Below are positions 45,946 through 57,164 of a stretch of DNA of 64,000 nucleotides, one piece after another (within the stretch, counting starts at the first letter, position 1; every line of letters begins with the position of its first letter). The notes beneath the pieces are model-generated. The model was not told the DNA's origin and did not search any database. It saw only the letters and a list, made by a program, of their open reading frames with translations. Where the stretch lies: positions 2,870,353-2,934,352 of the forward strand of contig CAJINV010000012.1 of assembly GCA_905178155.1 (NCBI GenBank), read 5' to 3'. A program made the position numbers and the translations under genes. The stretch is from Amoebophrya sp. A120 (taxonomy: Eukaryota; Protista; Dinoflagellata).

Positions 45946-47015
45946 GATTTTCAATGCGGTTTGGTACTGAAAAATTTGTGCGGAAATCAAACAGTTAGAG
46001 TTATCGCCGTACTACCGAGTCTGTTTATGCGATAGAAAAATCTCTAGGTACCGGTGGAAAAAATTTAGCGCAATAGGAAAAGGTTGGTCCTAGATGTCTA
46101 CTACACATGCAGCTAACGGGAGCTGCGATTGTCAAATCTTAGTCCTGCAGGAGTAAGCAGACTTCGACCTGTAGGTATCATGTATGAACTTTTGGTAGAA
46201 ATGATATGGAGAAGACTTTAGAGGATTCGGTTCCGTAGACCCCCGAATTTGGGTGTAGTTCAAAACATTCATCATAAATCCTTACCACCAAAACCGATCG
46301 CGCTTGCAATTCGCGAGAACCGATACTCACGTGGCCGTCTGGGGCACTGATATCGGCAAACCGAACAAACTGCAAGGATCAAGATGGCACAGAAAAACCG
46401 ACTCAATCAGCATGACGCAGGACACGACCGATCAATCAAATTGAGAGTACCGAAGAAACCGTGAATCATGACGGACCGAGAGGAGAATAGGAATAAGTAA
46501 ATCGAGTAGTACTACACCGAAGATTTCGACACCAACATGCATGCGAGTACAGACACCTCCATCGGACAAATGGGTCATGGTGATAGAAGCAGCATCAATT
46601 TCGTTTCTTTCAGATTTATATTCTGCTTTAATTATTTCAAAAAGTCAAAACTTTTTTTTTGGTACAAGTTCATTCTCCAAGTCTGCGTAAAAGGATCTCA
46701 ATTTTCTCAAACTTCTCCGCTTTGATGTTCCTTTGCGACCGCGAAGGGCGCGCTTTTATTCCCCTCTTCATCATCGGGCTTTCCGCCTTTCCGACGAAAA
46801 AATGCGGACTCTTTGTCAATCTTGAACCTAAAAACTCTGGTATTGAAACTCTGCTTATACCTCAAAGATTGCGTAGAACCTCTGAATATAATAGTATAAA
46901 ACTTTGGTTTTAATTTTGCGTATACTGATCTTGAAAAGTGTTTGGTTAAATTTTGCGTAACAGCGTCGTGAACAGTACTAAACAACGCAATACAGGCGGT
47001 AAGTAAGTAGTTCTC

Positions 47016-49214
47016 CTACTTCTTTTTCCCCTTCTTTCCTTTTTTCTTTTTTCCTCCTCCAAGCGCCTGCTCCAAAGCCTCGTAGGTCGATTGGGAACAC
47101 CTCTCGGGCACCTGGACCTCCTTCAAATGGGACAAACCGATCATGCCGTGAATCAGTTTTTGCGCGCCCACGTCCGATATCTGGTTGCCGACCAACCGGT
47201 AGACTTCGAGAACTGTGATGAAATTTTTTACTCAGTTAGAGTACAGTAGTCGAAGATCCTCGTGATGGTGATGCATGCCATCTGTGCTGTGAGAAAGCCC
47301 TTCACTAGTAGTAAGTAGTGTGTGTAAGTACTAACAACAGAAACACTCCTGCAACGAAAAATGAAAAACAATCAAGATACGCATGTTGTTCTGGAAGCAG
47401 TCCAGCAGGACGTCGAGTATTTCGGGTTTTTCGGAAAATTTGTTGTCCGCTAGGTCGAGAAGTTTCAGCTTTTGATTTCTCCTGACGCCCTTCAACAGCG
47501 CAAGCGCCCCCACTATGCATTGCAAAAATGTCTGGGTCTGGAAGTTTGTCATGCAGGACAGACATGATAGAGACTTCGCAAAACCTCTCATGCTAGGTGC
47601 TGCATTGCAGACCTCGGGGGGCATGAAAAACATGCATGACAAGTTTGCATTCTTCCAGACCCAGACATTTTTGCATTTGATACCCACGTCGCCCAGTTCA
47701 TTACCCCGTAAGAGAAACTGCTCCATTTCTGACTTCTGGTACATCAGTATCGTCGCTAGCGGAGCAGTATCCATTGTAAATATGTATCTGGGTCTGGGAG
47801 ATGATTGCGACAAGGTTTGTCATGTTACTCTAGCATGAGAACTCTGAGCTCTGTATATTTGTGTGGCCGCGCAAAGCTCATCTTGCCTGTCATGCAGCAA
47901 AAACGCCATTTCTCACGCGGAGTACACAACTCGAAACCACGTCATGCTTGGCAGCGCATTACAGTCGTGTGCTCCCTCGTTATTCCCTTCCTTGCATCAC
48001 AAGTTAATATTTCCAGACGCAAACAAATATTTGCAAGGCATAAGCGCCACCCTGCGGCCCGATTGCGCAGTATTGGACGGACAGGGCACGGAGGAACTGA
48101 ATTTTTGGTTTTGCTTTTTGTCATGCAGCCCCCGCAACACGAACACGAACGCATTCTGTCATGCCGGCACACATAAAAAATCAATGATTTGCATTTCTAC
48201 TTATACGTGATTCTGTGCCAGCCCGACCGCTAGCTTCTCTACGCCCTTTGCTCCTATGTGGTTGTAGTCTAGCCTCAAGTAGCTTACTGGCGGTACTAAC
48301 GCTAATTTTCCCGCTACTCTCTCGCGCCCGCCGAGGGCCATACCTGGTTAATATTTTTCTTCGGTTTTGAAATGAATGTCGCGGCCGTGATTTCACGACA
48401 TAAACGGCATAGAGTACTTTTCTTTCATAGGTCAAGGTCGTTTCTGCTGTGCATGATAAACAAAAGCAACAGTAGCTACTACCGATGAATTCGCAGCCTA
48501 GGTCTGTGACATTATTGTCCGTAAACTGCAGATCCTCCACCACTACGCCGTTTGGTGACTCTAGGTAGTCGCAAACCGCCCGCACAGATTCATCGCCCTT
48601 AGGGTCGCACTTCCACAGACGCACATTCGAAATTTTCTTGTACCTGTATGAAATTCACTTGTGGTTTGAACCTCCATGCGGTTGTTGCAATAATGACATT
48701 TATCATATGAGAGATGCAAAAAATGATAGATTTAGACTCTGTCTTGCAGCAGGATGATAGCATAACTACAAAAAAGTAGCGGTTCTCACTGAAGATGACT
48801 TTACTCTGCTTCCCTCAGACTGTGCATGAGTATGTTGAAGCCCATGGAGTCTAGTGGCTCGGTGAAGTTCCATCTTATCTGCATGGGGTCCATGCCCTCG
48901 TCAAAAAAGCCTAATATCTTCTCCACGTCCGGTGCAGGTTTTAGGCCGTACCTGTGGTTCGCAAAAATGAAACAAATCATGGCCGTGACTAAAGGGTTTG
49001 GTGTAGAATGGTGCAGCATGTGCATCATTGTAGTATCAGTATGTCACAACCAAAAGTGCCAGGTCGGTGTTCTGCAAAATAAATGACATCATTCAGAAGC
49101 ACCAGTATATGATCAATACTGCTTCATGGCCTTCTGGTATATCCTCTGAAAGGCCTCCCATGTCTCATCCTCTCCGCCGGCTGCTGCGGCCTTTGGCTTC
49201 GCTTTCGGTGGCAT
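47016..49214 (-). CDS. RNI-like leucine-rich repeat protein
   Basis: Starts MPPKAKPK; LRRs LQFTDNNVTDLG, LRLDYNHIGAKG, LLRGNELGDVG and LDLADNKF; basic C-terminus. Confidence 0.8.
47514..47682. mobile_element. Introner family A, internally deleted, 169 bp
   Basis: Full TIRs; DR CCCAC. Confidence 0.9.
47768..48042. mobile_element. Introner family A (diverged), 275 bp
   Basis: DR AGCAG/AGCGC. Confidence 0.8.
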
Positions 49215-50135
49215 GTTCTACGAACTTGGCCGCTTTGTGTAGGAACTTCTTCTACAACAGGAGGTCTACAACCGCCGCCCGTTCTTCCGGGTATTGGAAC
49301 TGCTCAACAACCAGCAGCACGTCCTCACTTCTGCACCGGTCGTGGTGGCTGCTTTTGTTCCTGACCTACACTGCGCAGTTCGTTGTGCTTGGAAGAAACT
49401 TATCAGCTGATGGACTCATTGTTTTTTAAAATTCTTCTTGCCACGGCCGCACAAGCCGTGCGGCGGACAAAAGTGTATTATAAAACCTGTTTGTCTTTTT
49501 CGCAGCACTGCAAAATTTCTTTCTGTTGATAGTTGGAGTAGTACTCACATATGATGTATCAGGTGAAGGACCTGGTCGTGCCTGTGGACCTAAAAACGAT
49601 GTTTTTGCTTTATCTCGAGCGGAAGCAGTAGCGAAAGACACAACTACGACGAGAAACAAGCTCGTGAAATCCAAATCTTCCCTCGGTGAATAAATTCAAA
49701 ATCAGCGCTCAGATGTACTAAGGTCCTTGCTCGTGGAGTTCGAAAATTTTTTCCTCTGTAATCATCGATCCTCTCCCTCGACGACCTCGGATTTTTTCAA
49801 CTACGCCGATGAACTACTAGAACACAATAATGAGAAGTATTTAGTCCGCGTCTGCCACTGAAAAATGGTTATCGTCACGGCCGTACTCTTTTCGAAGATA
49901 ATCGCACCAGCTCTAGTGTTGTACTAGACCGTATGAGTTGATATTGTCGCTTGAATTGTTAGGGATAGGAGAATAATCGGGAAACGCTGTCGCTTTGCCA
50001 ATCAGCCGGTGTTTTGCTGCTCGAGTGCAACATCATGAGGCGCAGCACGGCTTTGCATTTGAAGCTGCAAAGACCTCCTCGTCGTTTCGTTGCTTGAAGG
50101 AAGAATAAACTATCACTTTTTGTCGCTTCGAGAAC

Positions 50136-52802
50136 TTACGCTCCGCCCTTCCTCCCCTTCTTCTTCTTGCGTGAAGAGGACACAGTCGGGCTTATTTTGG
50201 GCTCCTTGACCTTCTGTTTCTCTTCGTTTTTTCCCGCCACCTCCTGCTTATCATCATCACAGTACGCAGGATCCGGCTTTGCCCCCGGGTATCGAAACCC
50301 AGGACAGAAATTCGTCTCGCCGCAGATGGCGAACGGGACCGAGCGCCCGATAGAAGCTGCTGTGGGTTCATCTTTTATCTCGGAATTATGAATACCCGAT
50401 GGTCCATCAACTGTCGTTTCATCCTCAACTACTGGAAGAACCTCGTTTACCTGCAGGTGCAAGTGCGGCGTCGGCGTGAACCCCGCTTGCCCCGACGTGC
50501 CAATCTTCTGCCCAATCGAAACTTTGTCACCGACTTTGACGAAAATTTTGTCCAAGTGCACGTACTCAATGCGGTACTGTTTATTGGATAAAAATTTCGG
50601 AGAAGAAGGTGCTGGCGACAATTCGACAGATGTAGTTTTTGAGCATGTAGGATTTGCATTTTTGCCAGGACCTGCAGAACAGCTCCTCCTGGACGTCTGC
50701 TCATCTACACAGCCAAAACTATAATTCTTGCTATCATTCCCCGTGGCACCGCCGTCAAACTGGATTGCGATCTCGTTCCATTTCCACAGGTTCCGCACGT
50801 GTGGCCCGCAGAACTTTTCGTTTCCTCCCCGGACCTCCACAATTGTTCCGTTTACCAGGGAAACCACCTCCGTCCCAACTTCGGCGTCGATATGCATTGC
50901 AAATATGTCTGGGTCTGGAAGGTTGGAACTTGTAAAAATGCTAACTTTCCATACCTAGGAATTCTGTATTGCATAGCAAACAAAAGTCGCGGCCTCTTTT
51001 GTACATGCAAGAACGCAGTTTCTCATGCGGATTGCCTATGAGAAAGCGTTCTGGAAAGTTGTCATGCTGGGTTGCATTCGGAACTGTTTCTATCATCCAC
51101 ATTTTAGCATCACAAGTTTCCATACCCAGACACTTTTGCATTTGATAGTCGAAGTCCACCGCATAAAAGGTCGACGGGTCCTGGCCGTGGGTCAGGGTTC
51201 CGCCGAAACCCTGGCTGCACGGGAATCGCTCTACTTCTTTTGCTTGTATGCATTGCAAATATGTCTGGGTCTGGAAGGTTGCAACTTGTGATGCTGGCTT
51301 TGGATTCTAAAAAAGATTTGTATTGCATGAACAGCAACAGAGGTGCAATTTTTGCTACGCGGAGAGGGCTTCCCTCATGCGGTACGAGCATCAGAAAGCC
51401 CTCGCAGAATCTCTGATGCTACAGCATGCATCACAGACCTCATGGGTCATGCACAATCTGCATGACAAACTCCTGCACTCTTCCAGACCCAGACATTTTT
51501 GCATTTGATAGCTTGCGCAGGAGTGCTATTTGATGAGCGGCGGTCAACTACATTGCCTTCCTGCAATTCCACCGCCTGGAGGGAATCGGAATGACAATGA
51601 AGATCTTCTGGAGAACTACTACCTCTCCGTCTCAGCGGAAAGACCGGAAAATCAAATCGGCAGTCGGTGAGAACTCGTTTCGGAGTTGTGTTGTACTGGC
51701 TTTTGTCGATTTGTTTCTGAAAGGAAATGTTGGTTTCGATTTGGACATCCGGTGCAAGGGTGTAAGGCGGAGGGGAAAACTCATCCTCGTCAGACTCCAC
51801 CTCCTCCTCCTCTTCCTCCGGAACTGAGGCCGGACTTCCAACAACCTTTGCCCCAAACGGCACCTTCCCGGTTTCTGCGAACGCTTCCAGCAAGTTTTCG
51901 TAGCGACCCGCAGGAGTGTTGGGAATGAAACCCGGGAACGCACAAACCTCGCAAATTGAAAACGGGGGCAGGTAGAGCACGAGGGTGATCACGGTGGAGG
52001 CTTTTATTTTTTTGGTCGATGTCATGATCATGTGCTCTGGCTTCCCCTCGACGTGGTCGATGTCAGGCCTGTCGTGCTCCCTCTCCTTCTCTACACCGGT
52101 ATGATTTTCGTTTTCCTTGTCATTTTCTCCCTCTCCAGCAAGCAGAGCATCATCCTCTTCCTCAACCTGTGCGGGGCAGGACTCTAACAGGACATAGCCG
52201 CCGTCGAGCAGGTGTAAATTCTTATGACTTTCGCCCCCGAAAGAACTCTTTTCCGTTCTCCTTTTTGGCGGTCTTAACACCGCCGGCCAGTTGATAGGAA
52301 AATAGTTCTTGTCCTGCTGTTTCTCTCCAAAGAAGATCTCGTCGTCGTCCACATCTTTAGATACAAGAACGTCGGTACTACGGGAGGTGCCACCACTGCT
52401 GCACCTCCTAAAAATCTTCTCCCCCTTCTCGTCTGCTTGTCCACGAGCTCCGGGGAGTTGAAACGTGACGTGGAAGCAGACGTTCCTAGCGTGTTTGTTC
52501 ACCACGTTGAAAATCCCGTCTTGAAACGCGTAATCAGGTAAAAGATCTGCGTAGTACCGTTCCTTTATTTCCGCAGCAGAAAAAGTAGTTCTACTTGGGT
52601 AGTTCCTCGTATCTTCTTCTTCCAGGAGGTCCACCTCTTCAATGGGGTACACTTCCTCCAGTCTTTCCGGGCGGCTGAGCGCCCAAGACGGATCTTTGTC
52701 GAAACAGAACCGCTCGATGTGCACCCCGGGCCAGCAGTGATTGGTTTTCAGAAACCGCGCGGGAGGAGGAGGAGTATTTCGGCTCGAACTTGAAGACGTC
52801 AT
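50136..52802 (-). CDS. M23 family metallopeptidase domain protein
   Basis: SQGFGGTLTH..YAVDFD; YVHL..VKVGDKV..GQKIGTSG..G..PHLH; 2 introners. Confidence 0.85.
50891..51147. mobile_element. Introner family A, 257 bp
   Basis: DR GTCGA. Confidence 0.9.
51247..51510. mobile_element. Introner family A, 264 bp
   Basis: DR GCTTG. Confidence 0.9.
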
Positions 52803-53716
52803 TTTTTTTTGTGGGACGACAGGTTGTGATCAACTACAGGGTCCACCTGTACGTAGGTATGTTATGTTCATTTATCTGTGAATGAGCCCGGCGATAGATC
52901 ATACCACCAAACCAAAAGCCGAAAGAACAAGCCTGTGCAAGAACAAAAGAATTTCACGTCGTTGGCATTAACACTAACATCTGCAACAAAATTTTGCTCT
53001 TGGATCTTTTTGAAAGTGCTACTTCGGCGTCGAGAGATTTTTTTCATCTGTGAAGATCCTCATGAAGAGCCATTTTCTTGATCCCAAATTTTCTAGGCGT
53101 TTTGCGTTTTTCGAGATACAGGTCCGGCAAGAACTGTAGGGGACCTACGCGGCTGATCAACGCAAAAATCGCAACAACAACACTGATCCTCAACCCTGAT
53201 CTTACGAGCTGGCACGAAAAAAGGCATATCAATTGCCCAGGCTCGCTTAGTAGGCTATTGCTACTTCTTGCAGGTGGTGTCATGCAAGTTCTTCATACCA
53301 GAAAAAAGTTAAATGACAGAAGCAATTAATCTTTTCTTACCTGTTTTTCTCCCCGTCGGCGTCGAGACGCAACCACACATTGAACACTTTCTCTTGTAAC
53401 ACAGCAGACTACGACTCTCTCACTCAGACTACTTACACCAGTTTTTCTTTTTTATGACAATACTCTCTCATAATAATAATATGATTTGAATATAAGAGAC
53501 TGAAGTGCCTCGGTATCAGTACAGCAAAACGGGAATAGTCAAAACCCCTGGTAGTGGTATAGTACAGCAAAACGGAATTGTCAAAACGGGAATAGTGCAG
53601 TGCAATAATCAAAACCCCTGGTAGGTCAGATAAAACAGATTTCGATCTGTGCGTTGCATAGTTTACGGAGAAAGGATCTATAAGGATAATCTATAAGGAG
53701 GCCACTTTGCCTCTTT

Positions 53717-54172
53717 GACTGCTTTTGAGTTTGAACTTTGTTTCCAAAAACAACTATACAGTACTTCTTTATCAAATTGTGGAAACAAGATAATCTTGTT
53801 TCCACCAGAACCGTAGCGATACACATGAAGATTCTTGCCACGCTGTGATAAAAGATTAGATCATACACGTAGAGACGTTTCGCGGGCGGCATTGCATTTG
53901 TGTGTGGCTTGGCTCGACTGCTTTTGAGTTTGAACTTTGTTTCCAAAAACAACTATACAGTACTTCTTTATCAAATTGTGGAAACAAGATAATCTTGTTT
54001 CCACCAGAACCGTAGCGATACACATGAAGATTCTTGCCACGCTGTGATAAAAGATTAGATCATACACGTAGAGACGTTTCGCGGGCGGCATTGCATTTGT
54101 GTGTGGCTTGGCTCGACTGCTTTTGAGTTTGAACTTTGTTTCCAAAAACAACTATACAGTACTTCTTTATCA
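53717..54172. repeat. Tandem repeat, period 199 bp, about 2.3 copies
   Basis: Units start at 53717, 53916 and 54115; apparently identical. Confidence 0.9.
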
Positions 54173-54279
54173 GGTTGTGGACATAACTACGAGGTGTACA
54201 ACAACAAATCAGGTTGTGGACAAGACTACGACGTGTTATCAGGTTGTGGACATAAGCAAAATCTATCCTCATACGATCA

Positions 54280-55131
54280 CTACTCTATGCTCTCAACTTT
54301 CAACGTGAGAGTCCAGCCATTCCGATCCTCCCTGAAGATGGTTCCGCACACAATGAGGCTCGGTGCCTGGGGCAGAAACACTTGCTTCTCAACCTCGTCA
54401 AACCAGACACCCCCCAGCTTGTCCTTGTCGGCGTCCGAAAGCTCCACGCCCCCGGTCTCCACTACGAACGCGCTGTAAGAAATATGGCGCTCGCCCAGAA
54501 GGTAGATCCTCACTAAGGTTCCGAACGGGGCGCTCTCCGGATAGACGGCGGAAGTGGCCCGCAATGGCTCGCGCACCAGCGCCTTTTCCAAGAGATGCAG
54601 AAAATGCCGAAAGCTGTCATCTAAGGGTGGGGAGGCCGCCGCGACTCCAGCGTTACTTCCTCCTGTTTCGACATCATTGCTAGTCTCCATGGAGCGGCTC
54701 CTCTCCGTGGTCGCTCTGAGGACCGCACCGGGCTCGACGTAAGACAACAGCTGCGTCGCGAAACCACGAGGGGGCGCCACATTTCGGAAGAGGCGACTAG
54801 CACGGCGAAGCTCCACAGGGTGCAGCAGCAGCTGGTAAAACGGTTTCCAGGAGTGTTCCTCGAGATGCCTAATCCTGTTAGGTTTTCTGGAGCTTCCCTG
54901 GTTCTCGTACTCATCCTCGCCGTCATCGTAAATACTCTGCGGTCGTCCTCCGGGCACCAGGGTGTCAAAAATGGCGTGCAGCGGAAACTCGAGATAAGAA
55001 CAAACATGGGCCACTATAGAGTCACAATCTGGAAGAGAGACGCCGGGTTCGCGGCCAGGATCCCGCACCGTGGCGAGGCACGGACCTGCGAAACAGAAAA
55101 TGCTGAAGAGCAACGGTCGGAAAGACATCAT
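54280..55131 (-). CDS. Hypothetical protein with signal peptide
   Basis: Intronless 283-aa ORF; N-terminal hydrophobic leader. Confidence 0.65.
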   Translation of the reverse strand: MMSFRPLLFSIFCFAGPCLATVRDPGREPGVSLPDCDSIVAHVCSYLEFPLHAIFDTLVPGGRPQSIYDDGEDEYENQGSSRKPNRIRHLEEHSWKPFYQLLLHPVELRRASRLFRNVAPPRGFATQLLSYVEPGAVLRATTERSRSMETSNDVETGGSNAGVAAASPPLDDSFRHFLHLLEKALVREPLRATSAVYPESAPFGTLVRIYLLGERHISYSAFVVETGGVELSDADKDKLGGVWFDEVEKQVFLPQAPSLIVCGTIFREDRNGWTLTLKVESIE

Positions 55132-55930
55132 TGCGCGCGCTTTGATGCTAGAATGAAAGGTTGCTGATGGTGTGTCTCCTCAAGAAAAATACTTACCTGC
55201 ACCAATCACGAAAAGTGAATGATTGCGAAAATTTTTACTAAAATCACGCGAACTCTTTTAGTAGGATTGTGATATAGATTCATGCTCTTTGATCTCTTTG
55301 AAAGTGCTCTTTCATCTGCAACAAGATCAGGCTCTTTGATCTCTTTGAAAGTGCTACTCCGGCGTCACGAGATTTGATGTTTCTGTGAAGATCATCACGA
55401 AGGTCCATTTTGATCTCCATCTTTGCTACAACCGTTTTCGATCCTAAATCCTTTTTGCTAAAATTTTCATCCAGTCATCCGTCTTTTGAGCACCAGTATG
55501 GCTTCAGCAGAAAAAGGACTTCGCTGCGACTCAACAAAGGATTTAAGATCAATCTCCATCGGCTCCTGTGGCGTAAAAATCCATATCGGGTTTCGATCCA
55601 GAAGATCAAGATCCTGCTTTCGGATGGGAAAGAACTTGGCGGGGGGGCACTGCTGCAGTGACCGACTTTTTCTTCACTAAAAATGAAGGATACTATACAA
55701 CACGATGTCAGTTGCACAAGAACCCCGATGCAGCTGTGCAGCACAGTAGAAAGGAAATTATTTCTCTCTGCGGATCATGTGTTAATCTCCTCGCAGGTCC
55801 GACGACGATGCTGTAGTTGTCGAGACAGCACCTTGTTTCTTTGGAAAATAAAGCAGTTCTTTGAGCTTTTGGTTAAGTACTCGGCACCACCGCAGGCTAG
55901 ACCTGTTTATGTTTTACTATTTCGACATGA

Positions 55931-56860
55931 TCAAAGCGGCTTTCCCATGAGCATGGCAAACCCCATGGCGATGCCGCCGTACACCACGAACCCCGCGTGC
56001 ACCGGCTTCACCCACTGTGGCAGTTGCCGATACGTGGTCTGCGTCAGGAACGGCACTCCCAGCTGATTGTAATGCACGCCCACCGCTCCGAGTAACCCCC
56101 CGGCGTAGAAGTTGTGGGACGCAGACCGTCGGTTCGTCAGCGCTTCCAATGGACACTGCAACGCTTGGTAGAGGTAGCAGCCCCCGAAAAAAACGCCGGC
56201 GCGGCGGGCCGTTATTGGCGTCTGGTTCTGGGTATCAAATGTAAAAATGTCTGGGTCTCGAAGATTGCAACTTGTCATGCCAAATCCGAATCATGCAGAA
56301 ATCTGTGTTGCATCAGTGCCAAAAGCTGTCCACTTTCGACCAAGTTTCTTTGGAGGGAGTTTCTCATGCAGGATTGGCATGACAGAGACTTCGCAAAACC
56401 TGTCATGCTAGGTCGTGCATTCCAGACCTCATGGGGCATGGAAAATATGCATGACAAGTTCGCATCCTTCCAGACATCCAGGGATTTTTACATTTGATAC
56501 TGGGAGTAATCGAGCAGGAGGAGCAGCCCCGCATTATCAAATGCAAAAATCCCTGGATGTCTGGAAACTTGTGATGCTGGGGGGCGTATCATGAAGAGGC
56601 CACAAGTGCTGGCTCAGCATGACAAGTTACTGAGCTTATAGGTGTTGCCTATTCTGCATGACAAACTGCGTTTCTGCATCACAGAAAAATGGAGCTCTTG
56701 GGTAACGTGCATGACAGGTTTAAGAGTCATGCCAGACAAGCATGACAAACATGCATTTTTACATCTCATACGCATTGACCAAACCCGATTTCCCCGCCTC
56801 GAAAGAACAGGCGACATAGTCGAAGCTGGAGCCGCTGGAAGATCTACTTAAAACGGTCAT
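55931..56860 (-). CDS. Tim17/Tim22/Tim23-family-like membrane protein
   Basis: Spliced MTVLSRSS...GVFFGGCYLYQALQCPLEALTNRRSASHNFYAGGLLGAVG; pattern resembles Tim17/22; 2 introners. Confidence 0.6.
56233..56499. mobile_element. Introner family A, 267 bp
   Basis: DR CTGGG. Confidence 0.9.
56535..56770. mobile_element. Introner family A, 236 bp, truncated right TIR
   Basis: DR CGCAT; inverted near-copy of 62788-63039. Confidence 0.9.
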
Positions 56861-57164
56861 TTTTATCCTCTAGCAAACATGATTCAACACCTGCACGATT
56901 GCAAATAATAATAAACACCCAAGACAAGAAGAAATAAATATGCAGTCCAGCTTAAACTTACCAATTTTAAGAGGGCGATTGTAGTGAAAGCGAGGAATAA
57001 AGCAAGCGTCTCCTAAAGCGTGATTGTCTGGCATACTGAACTTCAGGCGGGCGCGCATTGAAAAAAAAATCCAAATAAGGAAGTGAAGTAGTCACTTATG
57101 TAAAAACAGATTGAGAAGCCTCAGGCACAAGCACGAGAAGCACAGGGAAGTACATTCTCCAGAA

